Source: Thermococcus kodakarensis KOD1 (lineage in GTDB: Archaea; Methanobacteriota_B; Thermococci; Thermococcales; Thermococcaceae). From it: a stretch of 24,000 bases of DNA. Shown in pieces: positions 16,815 to 23,426 of this stretch. The notes beneath the pieces were generated by a model. It saw nothing but the letters and a program-made list of their open reading frames with translations, was not told the DNA's origin and did no database searches. A program made the translations under genes and the position numbers. Within the stretch, counting starts at the first letter, position 1. Each line of letters begins with the position of its first letter. The stretch is from contig NC_006624.1 in the NCBI RefSeq assembly GCF_000009965.1, positions 816,681 to 840,680 on the forward strand. The letters run 5' to 3'.

Positions 16815-19304
16815 GTTGCAATAAGACTCTAAGAGAATTGAAAGTTTGCCACCCTGAATCACTCTTGCAACCGCTATTCTGAAGTTGCAATAAGACTCTA
16901 AGAGAATTGAAAGCGTCTTCCTCATCGTCGTAGAGCTTGACCCTCCACCCACCGGGTTGCAATAAGACTCTAAGAGAATTGAAAGTTTTTTAGGTGTAGT
17001 TTGGTGGTGTGGGCGAGGTTCAGTTGCAATAAGACTCTAAGAGAATTGAAAGGCGGAGAAGAAGCCACGGGCTACGCAATACTTGCCTACGTTGCAATAA
17101 GACTCTAAGAGAATTGAAAGAAGAGACGATCATGCTCTCACCCCCAGGAGTTGCTCGTGTTGCAATAAGACTCTAAGAGAATTGAAAGAACGATTTGTTC
17201 TCTGTGGACTTGGGTCTCATTGGGAGTTGCAATAAGACTCTAAGAGAATTGAAAGGGAACACATCGCCAGGAACCTCAAGCGACTTCGGGTGGTCGGGTT
17301 GCAATAAGACTCTAAGAGAATTGAAAGCCAAAATGAATAAAAGCCCCTATCCCTAATAAATGTAAGTTGCAATAAGACTCTAAGAGAATTGAAAGGCAGA
17401 TGGTGAGATGGAGGTAACAATAGAATTTGTGGGTTGCAATAAGACTCTAAGAGAATTGAAAGGGTTAAACTCAGTCAGAGGGCCAGTGAGGTCCTGAGAG
17501 TTGCAATAAGACTCTAAGAGAATTGAAAGCCTGTGCAGCCTGGAGGTAGTAGTCACCGATCATTTCCTCGTTGCAATAAGACTCTAAGAGAATTGAAAGT
17601 CTTCAAGTGAAGCGAGGATTTCAGCGATCTCTCTCTGTTGCAATAAGACTCTAAGAGAATTGAAAGAACACTTGCGAACTTTCCCGGCCAGAACAAGGAA
17701 AGCGAGGTTGCAATAAGACTCTAAGAGAATTGAAAGCAAGTTTGAAGAATTAGTCAGTGAAAAAGGCAAACAGTGTTGCAATAAGACTCTAAGAGAATTG
17801 AAAGCAGACTTGCCGTTCACTGGGACAGGGATGCGGAAGCGGGTTGCAATAAGACTCTAAGAGAATTGAAAGATGGACTGAAAGACCCTCTTCAGTTCTT
17901 CCGCGTTTTTGTTGCAATAAGACTCTAAGAGAATTGAAAGAGTTCTAAGACTCTCCCCAAGAAAGGGCACTACGTCTGTTGCAATAAGACTCTAAGAGAA
18001 TTGAAAGTAGGACATCACCTCACGGTGCTGGCGGGAGGGCCTTCACGGTTGCAATAAGACTCTAAGAGAATTGAAAGAGATAACGCTCGACGTGCCAGCA
18101 AACAAAGCCGAAGTTGCAATAAGACTCTAAGAGAATTGAAAGGAGTTCTAATGATTAGCTTAACAATATCCCCATCTGATGTTGCAATAAGACTCTAAGA
18201 GAATTGAAAGTCACTTCTCCTGAGAAACGAAAGGAGTCGAGAGTCTGTGTCGCAATAAGACTCTAAGAGAATTGAAAGTACTTCCGGCTAAGAACGAAAA
18301 GCCGCTCGACAAGCCGGTTGCAATAAGACTCTAAGAGAATTGAAAGACATAGCCCTCTCCCAGGCCGCACAGGTCTTCAGGTACAAGTTGCAATAAGACT
18401 CTAGGAGAATTGAAACGATTAAGGGTGGCGTCTGCGCTGGCGAACGGGCTTACGGTTGCAATAAGACTCTAGGAGAATTGAAACGTAGTACTTCTTAAGC
18501 ATGCGTTCACGCCTTAGATAGGTTGCAATAAGACTCTAGGAGAATTGAAACCTGTGGTGGTCATGATAGTACGTGATAGCAGCACTAGCGTTGCAATAAG
18601 ACTCTAGGAGAATTGAAACTCGCTATGACAATCTTTGCGTCCTCATCCATCAGAATGTTGCAATAAGACTCTAGGAGAATTGAAAGCTATCAGGCCCTCT
18701 GTCTGGCCAGTTAGGTCCTTCCACGTTGCAATAAGACTCTAGGAGAATTGAAAGGAAGATCGTGGCCAAGATACTCAACGAGATGTCGAAGGTTGCAATA
18801 AGACTCTAGGAGAATTGAAAGGTCTTCGCGAGGATCTCCCGTGAAGAAGACTGAGACCGGTTGCAATAAGACTCTAGGAGAATTGAAAGCAAGGACTACC
18901 TACAATTTCCCTACCACTATCGGCGCGTTGCAATAAGTTGCAATAAGACTCTAGGAGAATTGAAAGAGAATAACGCCGTCACCGGCCAGGCGGAGCGCTT
19001 TAGGTTGCAATAAGACTCTAAGAGAATTGAAAGCAACTCTCATACATCACACCCCCAGCTCATAGATTTTGTTGCAATAAGACTCTAAGAGAATTGAAAG
19101 AGGCTCGCCGCGCCGCCGAGGAGCATCAGCGCTGGCTCGTTGCAATAAGACTCTAAGAGAATTGAAAGAGCTTATACATCACGTAAACCGTGAACGCTGA
19201 ACCGACCAGTTGCAATAAGACTCTAAGAGAATTGAAAGGTGTAGCAGTATGCCCAGAACCGTGCCCACTGCCAGGTTGCAATAAGACTCTAAGAGAATCA
19301 AAAA
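16815..19304 (+). CRISPR. CRISPR array: 37 repeats of 30 nt and 36 spacers of 35-42 nt
   Basis: The consensus repeat is GTTGCAATAAGACTCTAAGAGAATTGAAAG. The first copy is at 16815-16844 and the last, degenerate copy (GTTGCAATAAGACTCTAAGAGAATCAAAAA) is at 19275-19304. Repeat starts were mapped by hand, and the repeat, spacer and duplication lengths sum exactly to 2490 nt. Orientation rests on three things: the leader on the low-coordinate side, the degenerate distal repeat, and the repeat 3' end ATTGAAAG, which is the Thermococcales crRNA 5' tag. Confidence 0.97.
18387..18966 (+). repeat. Block of nine variant CRISPR repeats (R24-R32) inside the array
   Basis: R24-R27 read GTTGCAATAAGACTCTAGGAGAATTGAAAC (A18G plus G30C). 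R28-R32 read GTTGCAATAAGACTCTAGGAGAATTGAAAG (A18G only). Consensus repeats flank the block on both sides. Confidence 0.95.
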
Positions 19305-19322
19305 TCCCAAAACAGAAGAAAA
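19300..19322 (-). terminator. T-tracts on the minus strand just after the nucleotidyltransferase stop
   Basis: Minus-strand T4, T4 and T5 runs (plus-strand A-runs at 19319-19322, 19309-19312 and 19300-19304). The last run lies inside the degenerate terminal CRISPR repeat. Confidence 0.3.
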
Positions 19323-19330
19323 GGAAGGCA

Positions 19331-20572
19331 TCAGAACAGCCACTGGTTCTCGATACACTCGTCGCACGGCGGCTTCTCGCCGGCGATGGCCTTGAACTTT
19401 TTGTAGATACACTCCGGCAGGCCGAGCGGGCAGTGGTCAGGATACTGACCCGGCCTGACCTTCGTCGGATCGAGCTTGACCTTTATGTAGGCCTCGTACT
19501 CCTCGACCTTCTTCCAGGGAAGTACCTTAGCGCCGTAGATTACGAGGTCGTCTGCTATCCTTGCGTAGTCGCCGACGACGGCGTTCTCTTTGATGATTAC
19601 GTTCTTTCCTACGACAACACCCTCGCCGAGGATGGTGTCCTTCAGCTCGGCGCGCTCCTTGATGATGTCGCTGCCGATGAGTATCGAGCGCTTAAGGTAT
19701 GCCTTGTCCTCCACGATTGTGTTCGGGCCGATGTAGGTGTAGGCCTTTATCTTGACGCCGTGGCCGATCTTCGCTCCCTCGTCGATGTAGACTGGTCCCT
19801 GAATCTCAACGTCGTCCGGAACTTCAGCGCCCTCCTTGATGGTAATGTAGCCGTTGTCCTTGGCTATCTCGTCCATGGCTATCTGGTGGGCGTAGAAGAG
19901 GTCGTCGGGTGTTCCGAGATCGACCCAGTAGGCATCTCTGGGCATCCTGTAGGCGTAAACTTCGCCCCTGGCCACGAACTTCGGCAGGACTTCCCTCTCG
20001 AAGTAGACCTCCTTGCCCTTCGGAATCTCCTCGAGGACTTTCTTGTTCACGACGTAGATTCCGGCATCCACGAGGTTCGTCTTCGGCCTGTGGGGCTTCT
20101 CCTCGAAGTGTGTGACCTTGCCGTTCTCGTCGGTTTCAACGACACCGAAGCGCTCCGGGTCGTAGACCTTGGTCACCGCGACCGTTATCAGCCCGTCGTT
20201 GTTCCTGTGGGCCTCTATCAGCTCCCTGAAGTTGAAGTTGGTGAACACGTCACCGTAGATGACCAGGAAGTCGTCGCTCACGTACTCTTCAACGTTCTTG
20301 AGCGCGCCACCGGTCTCAAGGGGCATCGGGTCGTTAACGAAGCGAATGTCCTTTGGATAGTCGGCCATCTTCTCGTCTATGAACTCCCTAATCTCGCCGC
20401 GCATGTAGTGGACTGAGAGGATGACCTCGTCGATCTCGGGTATCTTCTCAATGTTCTCGAGGAGGTACTGGAGGTTCGGCTTTCCAAGGACTGGAACCAT
20501 CGGCTTCGGTCTCGTTGAGGAAATCGGCCTGAGGCGGGTTCCAAAACCACCCGCAAGAATAACCGCCTTCAT
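19331..20572 (-). CDS. Sugar-1-phosphate nucleotidyltransferase (NDP-sugar pyrophosphorylase) with a left-handed beta-helix domain and a Cys-rich C-terminal tail
   Basis: 'MKAVILAGGFGTRLRPISSTRPKPMVPV' is the classical G-x-G-T-R-L pyrophosphorylase motif. Hexapeptide-like repeats fill the second half ('VIIKENAVVGDYARIADDLVIYGAKV'). The start is refined to the ATG at 20572, preceded by GGTGATGCTC. Confidence 0.8.
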   Translation of the reverse strand: MKAVILAGGFGTRLRPISSTRPKPMVPVLGKPNLQYLLENIEKIPEIDEVILSVHYMRGEIREFIDEKMADYPKDIRFVNDPMPLETGGALKNVEEYVSDDFLVIYGDVFTNFNFRELIEAHRNNDGLITVAVTKVYDPERFGVVETDENGKVTHFEEKPHRPKTNLVDAGIYVVNKKVLEEIPKGKEVYFEREVLPKFVARGEVYAYRMPRDAYWVDLGTPDDLFYAHQIAMDEIAKDNGYITIKEGAEVPDDVEIQGPVYIDEGAKIGHGVKIKAYTYIGPNTIVEDKAYLKRSILIGSDIIKERAELKDTILGEGVVVGKNVIIKENAVVGDYARIADDLVIYGAKVLPWKKVEEYEAYIKVKLDPTKVRPGQYPDHCPLGLPECIYKKFKAIAGEKPPCDECIENQWLF

Positions 20573-20595
20573 GAGCATCACCAGTATAAACTTAT

Positions 20596-20638
20596 GGAGG
20601 GAGCTTATATATTTTACGGCCGTAAAATATATCCCTCC
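20596..20638. repeat. Perfect 26-nt palindrome (20607-20632) extended by 6-bp outer arms
   Basis: ATATATTTTACGG/CCGTAAAATATAT is exactly self-complementary. GGAGGG (20596-20601) pairs with CCCTCC (20633-20638) across a 5-nt bulge (AGCTT). It lies between the feoC-like stop (20656) and the nucleotidyltransferase start (20572). Confidence 0.85.
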
Positions 20639-20655
20639 CAGTGAACAATAGCCTC

Positions 20656-20922
20656 CTACCTCTCCAGAGAGAAGGCCTTCTCAGTCAGTTTGAACGCCTT
20701 TGCTCCAGTGGGTCTCAAACACGAACCGTAGCAGACCTTCTTCAAAGGACAGGTCTCGCAGGCCTTTGAACCGAACTCCACTTTTTCAACGTACCCGAGG
20801 CTTTCAAGAATTTTTATTATGTCCTCAACCTCTTTAGATGAGAGTCCAAGCCTTTCGGCGATTTCGCGCTCGTTGGTGACGCCAGCTTTTATCAGCTCCA
20901 GAACATCCTCAAGCTTTCCCAT
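20656..20922 (-). CDS. Small winged-helix protein with a Cys cluster, FeoC-like
   Basis: 88 aa with an HTH-like 'NEREIAERLGLSSKEVEDIIKILESLGYVEKV' followed by 'CETCPLKKVCYGSC' (C-x2-C-x5-C-x3-C). A perfect SD GAGGTGATCAC precedes the ATG. It sits directly downstream of feoB. Confidence 0.55.
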   Translation of the reverse strand: MGKLEDVLELIKAGVTNEREIAERLGLSSKEVEDIIKILESLGYVEKVEFGSKACETCPLKKVCYGSCLRPTGAKAFKLTEKAFSLER

Positions 20923-20967
20923 GTGATCACCTCACTAAACTACAACTCCAAAAACTGAAAATAAAGG

Positions 20968-22950
20968 TCAGGAGAGGCCCAGGGCAATGCCCACGTGCCA
21001 TATCAGAATGCCCACGATGGAAGCAACCGCTATCATGTAGGCTGTTGTGAACAGCGCCCACTTCCAGTTGCTCTCGGCCCTTATGGCACCTATAGTGGCT
21101 ATGCACGGTATATAGAGCGTCGTGACGACCGCAAGTACATAAGCCTGAAGCGGAGTCATGGCGTTCTTTATAGCCTCCGTAGTTCCATATATGACACCGT
21201 AGGTAGATATGACGTTTTCTTTGGCTATGATGCCGAAGATCAGGCTCACAGCTGCTTTCCAGTCAAGGCCCATCAGCATCATGTATGGCTCGAAGAGGTA
21301 GCCAAGCGTTTCAGCGTAGCTCTTTCCGCTTCCGAGCTCAACCGGGTAGTTGCTGAGGTACCAGATGAAGATCGAACCTAGGAGTATCACTGTTCCTGCT
21401 TTCTTCACGAACTCCTTGCTCCTCTCCCATGAGTGGAGTATCACGGTCTTCCAGCTTGGTATGAGGTATTCCGGGAGCTCGATGACAAAGGGGCTCTCCT
21501 CGCCCCTTACAACGAAGTGGCTGACGAACCACGCCGAGAGCAGGGCAACGAGTATAGCTATCAGATAGACGCTCAGGGCAACTAGGGCATGGTTGGAGCT
21601 AAAGAAAGTCCCGGCTAGGAAGCTTATGACGCTAAGACGGGCCGAACAAGGGATGAACGGGTTCACGAACATTGCAACCAGCCTGTCCCTTTCATCCTCA
21701 AGGGTTCTGGTCGCCATCACCGCAGGAACGTTGCAGCCGAGGCCGAGGATGAGAGGAATAACGGCCTTTCCAGGGAGGCCGAACTTCCTCATGATGCCCT
21801 CCATCAGAACCGCTACCCTGGCCATGTATCCAACGTCTTCCAGTACAGACAGGGCGAAGAACAGGAGAAAGACCAGCGGGAAGAAGCTGAGTACCGACCC
21901 AACGCCGCCGATTACGCCGTCAACTACCAGGCCCCTGAGGGTCTCGTTCGCGATGTGGGGTGCAAGCCACTCGCCAAACGAGGCAAAGAGGCCGTCAAGC
22001 CACTCCTGGAGGGGCAAACCAAGGGCAAAGACGAACTTAAAGACCCCGTAGAAAACTATGGCAAGTGCTATGAAGCCGTAAACTGGGTGTATCAAAATCC
22101 TGTCGAGCTGGTCCGTCAGGCTCTCTCCTTCCCTGCCCGCGTAGCTCATGAACTCGTGGGTGAGCCTGTCTATGAACTCGTACTTCTGGCTGGCTATTAT
22201 GAGATCCATCGCCCTGCCGTAGCGCGCCTCTGCTTCACCTATGTGGGTCATTATCTCCTTCAGCTTCTCCTCGCCGATGTGCCTGAGGACGAGCTTCATA
22301 ACTTCATCATCACGCTGGAGGAGCTTTATTGCCAGCCAGCGAAGAGGATAGCGCTTTTCAAGTTCCGTTCCCTTCAGACAACCGATTATGTGCTCTATCT
22401 CCCTCTCCACCTCTGGATCGTATCTTGGAACGACGGGGTTAGTTTTTACCATCCCGTTGGCCATCTCGTATATTTTCTCCTTCAGCTCCTCGACGCCTAT
22501 GCCTTCCTTGGCACTCATCGCTACGACAGGAACTCCAAGAGCCTTTGACATCTTTATGGGGTCTATCCGTATCCCTTTTTTCTCCGCCAGGTCGATCTTG
22601 TTTAGCGCTATTACCACGTTCTTCAGGCCCATCTCAAAGATTTCCATGGTTAGAAGGAGATTCCTCAGGAGAGAGGTCGCATCAACAACGTTCACAACAA
22701 CGTCGGGGTTTCCGTTGAGTAGAAAGTTCCTCGCAACCAGCTCGTCAATTGAATGTGCCGTTAGGGAATACGTACCCGGAAGATCCACCACGAGAAACTT
22801 CTCACCCTTGTACTCGAAAACGCCCTCCTTCTTCTCGACCGTAACGCCGGGCCAGTTGCCAACGTGCTGCCTCATCCCCGTTAGGCTGTTAAAAACCGTT
22901 GTTTTGCCAACGTTGGGGTTTCCGGCGAGAGCAACGACCTTCATTGCCAT
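20968..22950 (-). CDS. feoB: Ferrous iron transporter FeoB (N-terminal G-domain plus polytopic membrane domain)
   Basis: G1 'GNPNVGKTT', G3 'DLPG' and G4 'NKID', followed by an extensive hydrophobic C-terminal domain. The ATG at 22950 (MAMKVV) is preferred over the GTG at 22959. Confidence 0.93.
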   Translation of the reverse strand: MAMKVVALAGNPNVGKTTVFNSLTGMRQHVGNWPGVTVEKKEGVFEYKGEKFLVVDLPGTYSLTAHSIDELVARNFLLNGNPDVVVNVVDATSLLRNLLLTMEIFEMGLKNVVIALNKIDLAEKKGIRIDPIKMSKALGVPVVAMSAKEGIGVEELKEKIYEMANGMVKTNPVVPRYDPEVEREIEHIIGCLKGTELEKRYPLRWLAIKLLQRDDEVMKLVLRHIGEEKLKEIMTHIGEAEARYGRAMDLIIASQKYEFIDRLTHEFMSYAGREGESLTDQLDRILIHPVYGFIALAIVFYGVFKFVFALGLPLQEWLDGLFASFGEWLAPHIANETLRGLVVDGVIGGVGSVLSFFPLVFLLFFALSVLEDVGYMARVAVLMEGIMRKFGLPGKAVIPLILGLGCNVPAVMATRTLEDERDRLVAMFVNPFIPCSARLSVISFLAGTFFSSNHALVALSVYLIAILVALLSAWFVSHFVVRGEESPFVIELPEYLIPSWKTVILHSWERSKEFVKKAGTVILLGSIFIWYLSNYPVELGSGKSYAETLGYLFEPYMMLMGLDWKAAVSLIFGIIAKENVISTYGVIYGTTEAIKNAMTPLQAYVLAVVTTLYIPCIATIGAIRAESNWKWALFTTAYMIAVASIVGILIWHVGIALGLS

Positions 22951-22969
22951 TTTAACCACCCGAAGGATT

Positions 22970-23197
22970 CTAAAGCTTCCTCACAATGATTCGTGAGGCC
23001 ATTCCTCTCCCAATAGCAAATCGAGTGCCGCTAACGCTTATGATTAGCGGGCCAGGGTTGTAGACTTCGATGACCTGAACGACCGCACCGGGGGTTATCC
23101 CCATTCCTAGCAGTCTGTTTCTGAATCCTGGACCCCCCTGGAGGTTAACGACAATCCCCCTCTCCCCAGGCTTTAGAGAATTCAATGGAACGATCAT
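22970..23197 (-). CDS. feoA: FeoA (small SH3-like ferrous iron transport protein)
   Basis: About 75 aa with 'LNSLKPGERGIVVNL', 'LGMGITPGAVVQV' and 'RFAIGRGMASRIIV', typical of FeoA. It lies immediately upstream of feoB. The start is refined to the ATG at 23197, preceded by GGTGATGCTC. Confidence 0.85.
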   Translation of the reverse strand: MIVPLNSLKPGERGIVVNLQGGPGFRNRLLGMGITPGAVVQVIEVYNPGPLIISVSGTRFAIGRGMASRIIVRKL

Positions 23198-23208
23198 GAG
23201 CATCACCG

Positions 23209-23227
23209 TTAGGTTTTCCTAATCCAA
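23209..23227. promoter_or_regulatory. DtxR/IdeR-box-like inverted repeat at the feoA promoter
   Basis: TTAGGTTTTCCTAATCCAA matches the 19-bp DtxR consensus TTAGGTTAGCCTAACCTAA at 15 of 19 positions. Its core is TTAGG-N4-CCTAA. It lies 12 nt upstream of the feoA ATG and downstream of a minus-strand TATA-like CTTTTAAG (23247-23254), so it would cover the expected transcription start. Confidence 0.4.
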
Positions 23228-23426
23228 CTTCAAGTCTCTCGATGTCCTTAAAAGCCTTTGGTGAGCCTAACAAAACTCAGCGGTTCGAAGAGAAGCGGAA
23301 GGGGGTTCAAAAAGTGCACTACCCCAGATAAGACTCATAAAAAATTATAAAATGCAAAGTTTTATGTAGTTTGAAGCCGTAGCTAATCCGTAATAATCCG
23401 CATAGGGCGGAAAGGAGGTGTTGGTT

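Noticed and set aside
16612-19412. ORF-track entries inside the CRISPR array (116, 67, 78 and 77 aa on the minus strand; start of the 408-aa plus-strand ORF)
   Set aside because: They contain the repeated peptides 'NSLRVLLQ' and 'ILLESYCN', which are simply translations of the CRISPR repeat.
19190-20416. 408-aa plus-strand ORF running from the last CRISPR spacers through the nucleotidyltransferase gene
   Set aside because: It is antisense to a gene with a textbook pyrophosphorylase motif. Its Val/Asp/Leu/Gly-rich repetitive translation has no motifs, and it begins inside the array.
20995-22996. Plus-strand ORFs (128, 72, 152, 197 and 202 aa) opposite feoB
   Set aside because: They are antisense shadow ORFs of a 660-aa gene with clear G-domain and membrane-domain features.
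23328-23336. ATAAGACTC, a 9-mer identical to the core of the CRISPR repeat, in the feoA/DUF4870 intergenic region (possible solitary repeat remnant)
   Set aside because: The flanks match the repeat only at about the level expected for AT-rich promoter DNA. A 9-mer match to some part of a 30-nt repeat is expected by chance in 24 kb on two strands.
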